From Lingula anatina (lineage: Eukaryota; Animalia; Brachiopoda), in assembly GCA_051362555.1 (NCBI GenBank), contig CM120641.1, positions 7,378,001-7,442,000 on the forward strand: DNA of 64,000 nucleotides. The letters are read 5' to 3'. A program made the position numbers and the translations under genes. How positions within the stretch are numbered: the stretch's first letter is position 1; each line of letters starts with the position of its first letter. Of the stretch, positions 13,301-37,793 are shown piece by piece. The notes below the pieces were generated by a model. It had not been told where the DNA came from. It saw nothing but the letters and a program-made list of their open reading frames with translations, and made no database searches.

Positions 13301-14023
13301 AATTAAACAGAGATAGGCTAATGTTAATAAAAAGCAGTAAAATGTAAATTATATTTAAACATTACATAGTAAGTGACTTGAAAATGGTTTTGTGAATAAA
13401 TCTGATGTAACAGTGCCAAAAAATCTTGTTTATTTCACAGAAGAATTTCCACATCATAAAGCAGTATACACATGTACTTATTGAAAGAGAACTAAAAGAT
13501 ACTTATTTTAAAAAAGCTACGAGTTTGAAGATCTATTGGTGTAGACAAAAAAAATTCCATTTACTTTCAAATCAAAAATGTTCTAAAACAAGATAGAATA
13601 AATCTAGGAATAAAAAAATATATATATTGATTACCTGCGTTAATATCTTTTAAAGTTTCATGCATGTCGGGTGTATGAGGTGTTCTACTAGGCACACCCT
13701 GGGCCAAGCTTTGGAGAACTTTCAGTGAGCTTAGGTTGGTCTTAGCTGCCTCTGCTAGTATACCTAGTGCACAAGCACCATCCACCCTAAAAGACAAATA
13801 AACTGATCAGAGCAAATAAAAGATTTGACTTTACACAAACTTGGCAGTTACTTTCAGAAATCTCTCTTTTTCTTCATTCTAAAAATCATATTTCAAAAGT
13901 TTTTCATAAAAAAAAAAAATTAGAATCAAATATATTTTATCATCAAAGTTTAAATGTGGTCGAAATGAAAGAAAAAATAACTTTACTGTAAGATTTAAAC
14001 TACTTTCATTTAAAAATAATGTC

Positions 14024-14057
<34 letters not shown>

Positions 14058-17000
14058 GTATATCGACATTGATATTAAGCATCCATCACCCTACCAATTT
14101 TCTTTGGCAAGTCCTTTTCCACAGTGACTCAGGGCCATGAGTGCCTCTTTAAGTCCCCCACTGACTTGATTTGTGCACCTGTACACATCTAGTGCATGCC
14201 ACAGAGTGGGACTAAGCTCGTGGACACTGGAACTAATGGCCCCACTGTGGGCTGACTGTCCTCTCTTTGTCGCATCATACTTCACTGTTGTCTCAGGAAA
14301 TAACTGAAACATGAAAGAATATGATAAAATTTCTGTTACCTGAGTACTGCACAAAAAAGGTTTATATTAAACCAAGCAATTTTAAAACTGAAATAATGTT
14401 TTAAGGAAAAATTTAAAACAAAAATTAACATTTAACAATCACAGCAATACAGATATTGCAAGCAGGTACTTTTAGATTATTCTTCTGTTTCATAAAATAT
14501 TCACCAAAGCTGTGCATTAAATTTACATTTGAAACTTGAACTATAATTTATTTCTTCTTATTTAGCATAATTAGTCAGTAACCTCTTCTGAATCTGCAGT
14601 TGGTATGTTGTCCCCTTCCTTGATCTCACCAGAATCCAGCAGAACATCAGATACCAGTATCTTGCCTACCTCTATCACATACCGTAAAGACAGAAGGGCG
14701 TTTGGATAGGGGTTATAAGCATCCTGGCACTCTGGGAGACCTACATGAGTAATTAAATGTTTTAAGTCTTTTCTATCATTCCTATTTAAGGCCACTAGCT
14801 AATGTGCTGTTCTACATACATGCTTGCATGCACATGCACACATGCAAGCTTTAATTTTTTTAGATTTGTTGTGTGTCAATTACCGTTAGTAATTCAAATC
14901 ATGTATACTAAATAGAATATTTAAGCAGTGTCATCAAATTTGTAGTTAAACTTACCATCTAAGTAGGTGAAAAGCCTGCTTTTATACTGGACGTGACCTT
15001 TAAGCTGGCCTGCCATGTGGTGGTAGAACAACCTCATGAAAACCAACTGACCCATCTGAAGAGAAAGAGAGTTAAAATTTTGTGTTAAGATATTGACATA
15101 AATTGGACTAGAGAACAAGAACCAGAGATTTTTTATGTGAAAGTGAACCAATACACATGATGTGAATTGATTGTGAATTGTGATTGTAAAGTGTGATTGA
15201 TAAAGTCATAACAATGTGAAAATACATTTGTAAACCATGTTTCTCTATGAGTACAAAGATTAAATTACAAATAATAAGATGTTAAAAAAGAACAATTTTA
15301 AAGAACAAATTTAAAATTAATAAAAAAAGAAACACTTTAACAAACAAAAAGCAGTTTTCCTAAATATCTGTTCTACCTTCAAGAGTTTGATCTCTCCCGT
15401 CCGTAAATATGGCTGGTTTACAGAATCTGTGCGCAACCAATATAAACATGTCTCTGCAAGGAAGAACAGGGCTGGAATCTGGCTTTTATTTAAAGGAGCT
15501 TGGTCCAGGGAGGTGAGCAGCACATCCAAACACTCTGAAAGCAGGCAAAAGGGTTGTATAGAAAAAAAAGTCTCTTTTTCATCATACTAAGACCAGTAGA
15601 ATTTCCCTGTATTGAGCATTACTAGTGAGTATTTATTAAGATGATGCTCCATGCACAAACTCAGCATTGCAAAAATACAGTATAAGAATAGTGTAAAGAG
15701 GCATTGACAGTAACTGAAAGATACTTTTGTTTAAACATACATGGGAAATATTAAAATGACCATAGTTATTGCGCCATTTGCAGAATATCACAACCTACTG
15801 GTGTACACAACTAATAAAAAATTTAAAAATAAATTGTTAAAGAGGTTTACTGCTAATTGAAACAATATACAGATTATATATTTTTGCAGATTAATAATTA
15901 TGTAAAAAAACATCACTTAAACCAGTGCAGAGAGAAAGAGTGTGTGAGTAAAAAAAATTGTATAATATGTTCATTTTATTAAGGGATTTACTCAAAATAA
16001 GACAAATGACTTTCTGCCACAGGAACAAAGTTTATATGAATTTTCCACAAGAAGCAGAGTAGTCCATTCCCCACTGACCTTCCTGTACTTTCCCCTTGCA
16101 TTGTGCTAGTTGAGACAGCTCAGTCCACGCAATGGGCAGGTCAACATGACTGCCTATACCTCCAGAACGCAGCCCTGCTCTACGCTACACAAAATAAAAT
16201 GGAAAAACTATGAAATAAACTGATGTATCATGTAAGAAGTCATTACAGGATACTACGGTAAAACATATTCATGATTTTATGAGTTATAAAAAACTTAACA
16301 AAATATGGTGAATCCACCAAATATTTTATGTCTGTAAAGAATGGCCACTACATTCTGTATAACATTCTCTAGCAATGGTCCCAAATAAAAAAAAATGAAG
16401 CAGATCTTCATTCAAACTTAGACTACCTATACTTAAGTAAAACATTTTTGATTAGCACACCTGTTCTGCAAGCAGATAAATGTCAAATATATACCTTAAC
16501 TCTTTCTATCATTTTCGATGCAATGCCTTCCAGTTTTTCCTTTTCATCAAATGTCTTTGCATTGTTGTATTGTTGAACAAACTCTTCAGTCACTTCCAAT
16601 GGATTTCTGAAAAAAGCCCATTAAGTATATTTTTTATTAAAAACACATAACAATTGCATTATCTAAAAAGTGACATATATTTCATTATACTGTGCTTTTC
16701 AATAAGCATTTATTAGTGTTTCTATCTTGACAAGCCTACTTCAAAAAATAAATATATTCATTAATTTCAATTAAATTAATAAACAATTATACTTCTAACA
16801 ACTGGAATCTTGTCTTATAACATAAAAGAAAAAAATTATTAATAATTTAAAAATACACTTTTTTATTCAGAGAAAATGACAATACAATATACTACATTAT
16901 AGTACAAATTTATAAATTATGCGAATGTGGTTTCAAACTTTATTTTACCAGCCTGAGGCCAAAAAAAGCCTTACCTTGATGTCAAAGCTGTTTTTCTTGA

Positions 17001-17111
17001 AGCAACACTTTGTAGGTATGACTGCTTCAATAATCTCTCCTGTAACTCTAACCTCTGACTGTGAGAAATAATCCCAAATTTGTGAACTATTGGTACCTTG
17101 GTAATAGGCAT
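10369..17111 (-). CDS. TMEM232: TMEM232 homolog (~839 aa). Coding exons 16975-17111, 16495-16606, 16079-16184, 15377-15534, 14956-15055, 14583-14740, 14095-14303, 13635-13786, 12891-13297, 12402-12639, 11987-12168, 11420-11634, 11047-11140, 10369-10620
   Basis: Translation MPITKVPIVHKFGIISHSQ...[36 protein letters not shown]...IPALFFLAE...EIKLLKMGQLVFMRLF...YPNALL...WRIRYGA matches vertebrate TMEM232 as recalled. All junctions are phase-consistent (2520 nt). AATAAA on - strand at 10100-10105. Confidence 0.88.
14024..14057. repeat. (AAT)n microsatellite
   Basis: Directly visible. Confidence 0.95.
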
Positions 17112-17959
17112 CTTAGTATCTGATTATATCTGATAAATATCAGAAAGTCTGAAGTCTGAAATATGAATTATGAAATTATTAGCAATTCATATATTACAGT
17201 GGATTAAATTATACACTGTCTTTACCTAACAAAATGTAGTATTTTTTCCAAGCAGACATGATATTCTTGCAAAGAGATATTTAAGTTGCCAATTAATTTG
17301 TGAAAAGGTGCTACATATATATATGTATATCTTTTTTTTTAATAAAAAAAAAACCTGTAAGAATAGTACATCATTCAAAAAATCTTAATATGGCAAGTAT
17401 GCATTACACAATACTGCACAGACACCTGAGCACACCAGATAGGTTCAAGATCACATAGTCAACAGATTTCAGAACATTTTTCATTTGGTACACAATTTTT
17501 CTTGCTTTTGAGTAGTTAACTGTACCGCTGTAATTTTCATCTACTTCTCAATTCTAAAGATGTAAATGGCAGTCTTCAGTGGATAAATGATGTAACAGTG
17601 GCATTACTAGTAGATTTAGCCATCTCAGTAGTAAAACCTGTTGGCTAGATTTTGCACAATGTGTGGGTTGTGTATGTGAGAGGTATGGAAAGATTTCAGT
17701 CCCTAGCTGACAGGAGTAGTTTTGATCATCAGTTTGGGAACATGTTTTTGAGTCTCCAGCATTATAATATTAAAAAACATATAAAAAAGAATGCTAGAAG
17801 CCGATTACTGAGAATATTAATATCTCTTCATTACACACTTCCTTCCATTTAACTCATTATTTTTGTTACATGTGAGCATATGGTCTAGCTGGGTGTTTTA
17901 TCACCTGACATAAAAATACATAAATTTAATTAATAAATAATTTCAAAGCATATCAAAAT

Positions 17960-18126
17960 CAGGCCCGTGGCCAGCAATTTCAAAAAGGGGGTTCTTTTTA
18001 CAAAAAAGCGGACCTTTACAATGAAATTTTTGTGCACCTAGATCAATTTTTATCCAGAATGGGCGTTTCCTGACAAAAAGGGCCGTTCTGTCTAACCCCC
18101 CCGAAGCCCCTCTGGCTACAGGCCTG
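17960..18126. mobile_element. Intact 167-bp MITE (same family as 1478-2197) in TMEM232 intron 1
   Basis: TIRs caggcccgtggccag / ctggctacaggcctg; body homologous to 2050-2197. Confidence 0.8.
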
Positions 18127-18504
18127 AAATATTTCAGTCCAATTTCCTTGTGTCCCTTTAACTCAAGGCACCAAATTGTAAATTGCAATTTTGTACATTC
18201 TAATTTGATACCTATAAGTATAATATAATCATCGTTTGACGTACTTGCTAACCAGAGCACGGTAAATTACTTTATCTTTCTTATTCTTCGAGTCAGCAGC
18301 AATAATTCAAATGAAACACATCGTTAGATTATCCCTGAAGCCAATTAAAAATATGTGAGTGGGCGACGGTACAAGACAGTGAATTAGTCCCTATAATACA
18401 CCCAAATGTCTCTATCGTCGTTGAAGATCACTGAAAGTTATCGAAAGTTATAATTACTTGATAAGTTACAAACACAGTTTGTGCTAAAATATAATTTTGC
18501 TTAC

Positions 18505-18795
18505 CTTAAAATATACAACCTGGGAAGATACGTCTGTATCAATTACTTTTTTATTTGAATGTCTTTTATCCACACAAAAAGTGGTTATATTATAGAAACA
18601 ATCTCTCCTATCGGAAAATAGCTAGTTTTCTCCCACCATAGTGGCATTTTCTCCATGGGAACACCGGAAGTCGATTGCCGGAAGTTATCCTTAAGCAGGG
18701 CGCATGCGCAGAAAAGTTGCAGATGATACGAGTTGCCAGAAGCTATTCTTATAAACAGAAAAAAATAAACGGGAATTGTTTACCGCCCAAAGAGA
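18505..18795. promoter_or_regulatory. Bidirectional promoter shared by TMEM232 (non-coding exon 1, donor at 18504) and LYRM7
   Basis: Tandem ETS/GABP CCGGAAGT (18664-18671, 18678-18685), NRF1 GCGCATGCGCA (18700-18710), X-box-like ctccatgggaac (~18651-18662). The genes diverge from here. Confidence 0.75.
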
Positions 18796-20488
18796 ATGAG
18801 TTTTAGAAATCAGGTGAGATATTTTCTTTTTTTCCAGTATAAGTATTTTATTAATTGTACGCGCCATTTCCCAGGATCGTGTTTTTTATTCCACCCTTAT
18901 CTTGGGCCAAAAATATGGAATGATCTTTCAGACGAATTAAAGCAAAGCATCAATATTCAAATGAGTTTAAATCACTTGTTGGGCTTTGGGAAGGACCTAA
19001 ATGCAAATGCACCACTATGCACCTTATGCTCCCTATTATAGTGCAAACAACCCGATCAAAATCGGTTATGTACAGTATTTTTTAATGAATTGCATAAAAC
19101 TGTCATACCCTAACCTTGCATCAGGTAACTTGCTGCAGGTAAAGGTACCTTGCATGTTAGGAAAAAACAGAGGCAACAATGTACATAAACCACCATAGAG
19201 AGCATAAAATAAAGTACTTTTTAGGGCTAAATAAGGTAAATTATTTTATGGTACCTTATTTCAAGGCTTAATACCTCAGAGGGGGTGGGTTCTACAAGAA
19301 AATTCAAGAATATTATGCCATCTTGTCAGGATATGTCTTTTCTATTATTTATTTATTAACTTATTAATTTATCTATTTTATTGACAGCCTAACTCCTATC
19401 TACTCATTTTCAATCAGAATGGATTATCTTGCTTAATTTGAAATACACAGCTTTAGTAAATTACTGTAAGATATGATATGTAGTTATTACAAATATTTAT
19501 AATAATAATATGTATAATATAAAACAATGAATTGAATGTTCATTTTACAGGTGCTTGCAGCTTTTAAACAGCTGCATAAAACAAGAAAAGTTGTATTTGA
19601 AGGAGACACATATGCATTAAAATGTGAGTAAAACTAAACTACATTAGGAAAATTTGGGAAAATGTTATTTCTATAAACATTATAGAATAGACATATTTTA
19701 GTATGTTGAGTTGTTGGTTTTTAAAACCTGAAATAAGATGAAATGCTCTGAGATTGTTACCTCACAAATCAAGAAGCAATAATGATCAAAAGCATGTTTA
19801 AATACATTTGTTTCAGTAACACAAGACAAGATAAATGAGGAATTCAAGAAAAATAAGAATGAAACAGATTCTGACAAAATAAAAGAAGTAAGTCATTCAG
19901 ATTTCAAAACTGGATCCTATGCAGAGTAAACTAACACAAAATGAGGTGTTGTAAATCAAGATTTTCTTGCTTGATGCCTTTTTTAAATCTAGCCCAGATA
20001 CAGGTGCTAGAAAAGGTCTGCTAGGCATGTTTTAATATATATTTGATTGAGCAAAAACGTACCTCAAATCACAGATCATTTGACAACTAATACGCTTTGA
20101 TCCTAAATCTTGAATTCCTTGTATTTGAATAGCTGATTAAGATAGCAAATGATTCTGAGACCATTCTAAGAAAGAATGTGGTTCAGCTGAAACTAAAGGA
20201 AGATACTAAGGATGAAGAAAGCCAGACATGGGGTATGTAAAACAAATCTTGAAAACATATATTTTTTTTAATATATCCCAAGCACTAATATGGTTTTTCA
20301 ACCAATTTTTCTTAACATATCCCCTGAATTCTCTATGGCCATTAAGTAAATTAATCATTGAGCACATATTAATATCTTTGCTTTTATACTTTCCAGAGAT
20401 GAAGATAAGAGAGGACACAGAAATGTATGATTTCACAGAACCCTGGGAACCTCCCCCAGTTAACAAAAAACAGAAGAAATGTTCCTGA
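18796..20488 (+). CDS. LYRM7: LYR-motif protein 7 / Mzm1-like complex III (Rieske) assembly factor. Exons 18796-18813, 19551-19623, 19817-19887, 20133-20232, 20397-20488
   Basis: MSFRNQ|VLAAFKQLHKTRKVVFEGDTYALK|LTQDKINEEFKKNKNETDSDKIKE|LIKIANDSETILRKNVVQ... parallels human LYRM7 (VLQLFKTLHRTRQQVFKND...KINEEFKNNKSET...). Junctions are phase-consistent. Confidence 0.9.
18890..19040 (+). mobile_element. Degenerate L2/CR1-group LINE ORF2 C-terminal fragment in LYRM7 intron 1
   Basis: YLGPKIWNDLSDELKQS...FKSLVGLWEGPKCKC...C across a frameshift; typical LINE 3' end motif. Confidence 0.6.
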
Positions 20489-20888
20489 CAGGTCTTAACC
20501 ACTGTGCCAGAAAAGCTGTTCATTTTGAAAAATGGTTACAGGACACATTCAGTACCGTGTTAAATAGCTCAGATTCAGCAGAATTTTGGCAAGCAAGAAA
20601 TGAAGTATTGTGGAAAAAAATTGAAATAAATGCATCTTTCCATTTCCCTTCAAAAGTTTAACTGATTCAGCAGAAAGAAAAAAGCATGAAAACACATTTA
20701 CCCATGGCACTTGAACAATCAGAAATGTTATGCTAGCCAAATATTGTTTTAGCCAATTGGCTGTGGGCTCAAGTTTTTGTAAGTGTACCATTTCCAATGT
20801 TAGCATGCTGCTGAAAATAAGATGTTAAAAACATAACGGTGGTAAGTTCCTTGGATTTTGTACCTTTTTCACTGGATATTGAATGGAT

Positions 20889-20940
20889 AATAAACCAACA
20901 AAAACAACTTTGATCAAATATTACTTAGTTACATTTTATT
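20889..20940. terminator. Opposing poly(A) signals of LYRM7 (+) and G-alpha-q (-)
   Basis: AATAAA at 20889-20894 (+) and TTTATT at 20935-20940 (AATAAA on -). Confidence 0.45.
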
Positions 20941-23900
20941 ACAAAACAGTTTAACACATGTACAACCGTTCCCTGTTGGATTATGAGCAGGTTACAGCCC
21001 AGTTCTAGATTATGTCGACGTGTTTTACACTTGTTTATAGACTTAAATTAGTGACCTGACTTAGTAGTTTGAAACTGGACTGTATCATTTCATAAAAGGA
21101 ACAAGTACTATTACAGCTAGACTTCATCGCCAGTGTTACTACCACTATACAATTCAGCACCATGACATACTGAACATGTATAAAATCTATCTAAAATTAA
21201 TTTCTGGAATCAAGAACTGCTCTGCTGGCTATGTATGACAAAGGGCAAAATAAGTTTAACTGAACAGTACTGCAACTTTTTGTTTGGCATGGTACGTACC
21301 AAATTTAGGCTAGCACCAACTAGTCCATGACACTGTTGTGTCCTATGCTTTAATGTTCAAGCATTAAACAAAATGCGCATCGGAAAAGTGAATGGTGAGT
21401 GCATATGGACCACTTAAGCTTCTGACAGCTCAACCAGGTATATCACAAACATCACAGCTTTGTCCTACCTGCAAGAAACTAGATGGCCAAATCCATTGTT
21501 GCAATATGAAATCTAACTGTTAGCTGTTGGTATAAAGCAATATTAGCCACAGCAATGAAAAATAAACTGGTACTGTTAAATAATAGCACCTTCAAGACAC
21601 TGAGTGATGTCAACTGACAGTTCTTTCAAAGAACAAAATCAACATCACTTTTCCTCATCAATCTTTTTTGCTGTCAAACCACCATCATTCCCTTTTACTA
21701 TGGATGTATAATCCCTTGCAACAATTCCACAGCCTGGTGTTCTATTCTGATATAGTTTCTGAATTCTACCAAGTATCAATCAGTTGTCATTTGCACATGC
21801 CTGGGCTAGCAGTCTTGAGTGAAAGGAGGGGTTTTGTTATACAACTTAACCGTATTGCCACAGCATTGAAACGTATACACTAATATACAGCACACACACT
21901 TTCCAAATGTCCTTTTTTCTCACAGCAATTCCAAAATGTGCAGTTTCTTGGGTATTTCAGGTCAAGATTTGGATTAAGCAGAAATACTACATAGAACAGA
22001 GGTTGTTTTGGGGTTACTTAGCTGGAACTTAAAAGGGGAGAGGAGAGGAAAAGATACATACAAAGTTATTCCTTAGTATGGCTTTGGAAATGCAGGTCAA
22101 AAAATGGCATCAATGCAAATGACAAAATGCAAATTTTTATCATAGAAGGACAGAATTAAAACAAAAAGGACTCCGGACGTCTCTTCAAAGCACACGTGGT
22201 TGCCAGCTCTGTGAACAAAATTTTACATTCTTACACTTAACATTTGTTTCTTTTTGTTCACAGCATCACCACAGAGACTACTAACTGCACTAAAACACAA
22301 CACCACCCTGCGCTGGACCACTGCACAACTGTGAAAAGAAGTTGGATCAGTGCCTTGTCTGGTGGGTGAAAATATCATATAGCAAATACAGTACTGTAGG
22401 CCATCATACACATTGCACCTCTTGATGTATATCAAAAATGAAGCAACTGTAACTACACAATACTTTTTTCTTACTTTTTATATGAACATTACTTTACTAG
22501 CAACTCTGAACTTGTACTGCTGAACACAGTATGGTAAAACTGTCATGTGCTTACAGACTAGAGCACAATAAGCAGCAAACTTCCATCACATTGGCCATGA
22601 TCTATTTACAAGCCATGGCACAATTTGGTCCCAGGCTAGGACAAATCTATATTCAATGAAAAACCAATTTGAATTCATCATCAATATCTCATCCGAAAAT
22701 AAAAATTTAACATATCATAATTCATTATCAATCAGTGTAAAGACAATAGAAACATGTAGACCACACAAAATAACCAGCCTTCTTACACAGTATTTCATTC
22801 CACAGTGAATTGTGAAACTGAGGCACCATATCTGCTAATGGAGCTGTGCCACATACTGAGCGTGCTGTGCTAACACATGTCAGTTTGGTTTTGATTTTAC
22901 AACTAAATTATCATAACTGTGGCATAGTGAGTAACTAAAAGCTCAATTAAAGTGCGCAGTGAAAGTGAGCCATAATACAGAAATAACATTAGTTCTTTAT
23001 CACCAGTTTTCCACACCTAAAACAAGGAGTGATTCTGGATTCCAATCCATTCACAATGAAACACTCACAACTTGCTGGATATATTCAGCTACAACTGAAT
23101 GGATACCAGCTACGGATACCTTCCTTAAGTTATATGTTTACAGAAACAATATTCAAAATCACAAATAATTTTTTTCACATCAGACATAAAAATATTACGC
23201 TACATTTACATAGAATATGTAATTTCTCTGTATAAAAAGCTCAATCAGCACAGAATTTTAAATATATAGAAGTATTTATGCAAATAAGTTCTATGAATCC
23301 TGATCAAAATTATCAAAATTGTACAGGGAAATGGGGTGTGATACATCCAAAGCAGGCATTCTGCTATTGTTGGTCATTTCAAAAGCATTCAGATCATGCC
23401 TGCCTGTAATCTTTTTTTCTCCAGCATATTTACAAAGTATGTCTGTCCACTGCTGCATCATGTGCGATTCTTACAAAGCACTACCCCAGTAATCATTGCA
23501 CTTGCATCAATAAACTTTATAGTTCCTAGGTGTTGAAGAAAATAATCTATCTCTTCTCTGTAGGTTGTCGCGGATCCAAATTATGGCAGTTCAAACAATT
23601 CCAAGCCTGGCTGAAAATTTTTTTTCACCAGTGTGTCTTTTAAAAATTCCCTCTAACTGACAGTAAGTATAGTGACGTGATATGCACCACAAAAATGACA
23701 AAACTGGTACAAAACGCTGTCTAGGTAGTATTGTGGTTAAAGATTCCAAGATGTCCATTGACCACAATGATGTGTTTAAATGATGATAATAAGTTATCAA
23801 CTTCCAAAAATTACAGCTGGAAACATGGGAGTCCTGCAAAACCTTTTTTTCTACCCAACTTTTTTTCTTCTTGTCAAGCCAAGTTCACATCCATGATGTG

Positions 23901-24041
23901 CCATGAGCTTGGACAAAACTGCTGCTGCCCTCAGGCGGCAGAGCTCCCACCTAATACCACTGCAGTTGTCAAGGGCACTTTCACTAGTCAAGTCAGTCCA
24001 CGGTGGCTGCATACAAGCCATCCAACCAAACTTAACAGCTG

Positions 24042-35754
<11,713 letters not shown>

Positions 35755-37793
35755 GACGAGATTTGCAAAGGCAGCCTCCCAGTATCCACTTCTTAGCCGG
35801 TTCTGTCGACCTCTGTCCCCTAGTATGTCCCGTCCTGGACCCCTAAAGGCTCAGAGGGTGTCAAAGAAACGCTCACACTCGTTGGCCCTTCAGACCTGTC
35901 ACCCAAAACAATATCGAGACATGAAAATGATCGTTGCAAGATACTCTGGGTGTGGTGAAGAGCAGCACTTAGTGTACTCCCTCTGACCTCAGCCTTGCGG
36001 AGGGGATGCTCGTTTCAGCAGCTTGGTCACCGGAACCCTTTGATCTATGTAAAAATGCAAAACATTTTGGATTGGCACTGATGCATTTGAGTTTACTGTC
36101 AAAAAGACCATCAACGAAAGGACAACTTGGTAATTGACATACCTTAGGGAGTGCTCTCAGTTAATGGAAGAGCATAGTTAGGATCCCACGTACTATTATG
36201 GGATGCGTGTTTCCATGATTCTGAGGCTGCATATGTAATGAGCCGGGTATATCTTACCAAAACAGTAGTGCATAAATGTATAATTTTGATGGCAATTTTA
36301 CTTAAGAAAATGTACCTCTAGATGATCGTTTTTAGTTACAACGACGAAAAAAATTACAATAATCAGCTATGTTGAATGTAGAACAATATTGTGTTAGTTG
36401 AGATTTAGCTTCTTTACTTCAAGGTTTTCGATGATTGCATTCTCAGTCTTGGGTCTAATTCAGTATGCTATAGCTGAGCTATGTACAGTAATTAAATCTA
36501 TATTACTTCATAAGATCATATTTTGTGAATGGATAATTAACCATATAATGAATTGTTTTCATTTTTTTCTTTCCTGCCATCACTGACATGATATGGTAAA
36601 CCACTGCAAAATTAAAATAAATAAAACGACGTAAATCCCTTTGTTTTGGTCAAACAGAGTAGATCTAAAGGTCAATAAATCAACAGTTCAAAAGAGGAAT
36701 TCCTAAAAGAACAAATTTTTTCCATAGAAAGTGGTTTTAAACCGCAATCTACTGTTGTATGCTAGTTACAGATTAAGCCAATGAAGTACATGTACGTAGG
36801 AGTACTGGTGGACCTACTCAAAATTCCTATGTTTATAATATAATTGAAAAAATTCTCAGAAATTAGGCTAGGTCCATGGTGGATTTAAGTAAATTCTGCT
36901 AAAAAGTAAAAATTATCATTTTATTACAGCATAGGCCTATTAGCAGTATACAAACTCTTATCCACTCGTACATTGTATTAGGACCTGTATGTGGCAATGT
37001 TTTTTTTTTTTTTTAATATAAAGAAAGATTAATGTTGTTTTCTGATAAAAACGCGAAAAGTCTGAAATACATTTTGCTAGGGTGCCACCTACATGTAGGG
37101 TATGTAACATTAAAAAAATGCATATACAGGTCTGTTTATTTTTGCTGTAAATAGTCTAAATATCTTTATAATAATTATAATAAGTTAACCCTATTTAAAA
37201 TCTGTTACAAAGAGTGAAATTTTATACCCTAAAGTAGGCTGTACTGTTTATTTCCAATGCTGCAAAAGTGTAAGAAATGCAGGGGTGGATCCAGGATTAT
37301 TTGAAGGGGGGTCCACAGATGCGAAGCTGAAATCCTTTAAAATTGTCCTCATTTTTCCTTATTATCCAAATATTGTATATTTTCTAAATGAAAATTATGG
37401 AAATGTTGGAAAATGATTACACAGATTGCTAATCTCTACCCTTTACCAGAACTATTGAAGAGAGAGAGTGTATTGTATTTTCTTTTGTTGGCTGTACAAA
37501 ACCTACACAGAGAAAGTAAAAGTTTCAAAAAATATTTTATTCACATAATGTACAACATTTATACAGAATATGCACATTTATCACAGTTTGGCTTTTTTAT
37601 TTTAATTTAATTCTCAAATTTTCTCAATATGGGCTAAAAAGCATATCATTGTCTGATTTTATCTTATGCATTCAACATGTACAGGACCTTGAATTCTGTG
37701 GTCTATATTCTTATAAGTCCAAAGTTCAAATGTTTCTTTGCATCTGCTAGCACATGACAAAAATGTCCTTTGCAAGTCTTCATTTTCCTTCAG

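Noticed and set aside
37280-37320. caggggtggatccagg MITE-like terminus
   Set aside because: No matching opposite terminus found; too fragmentary to call.
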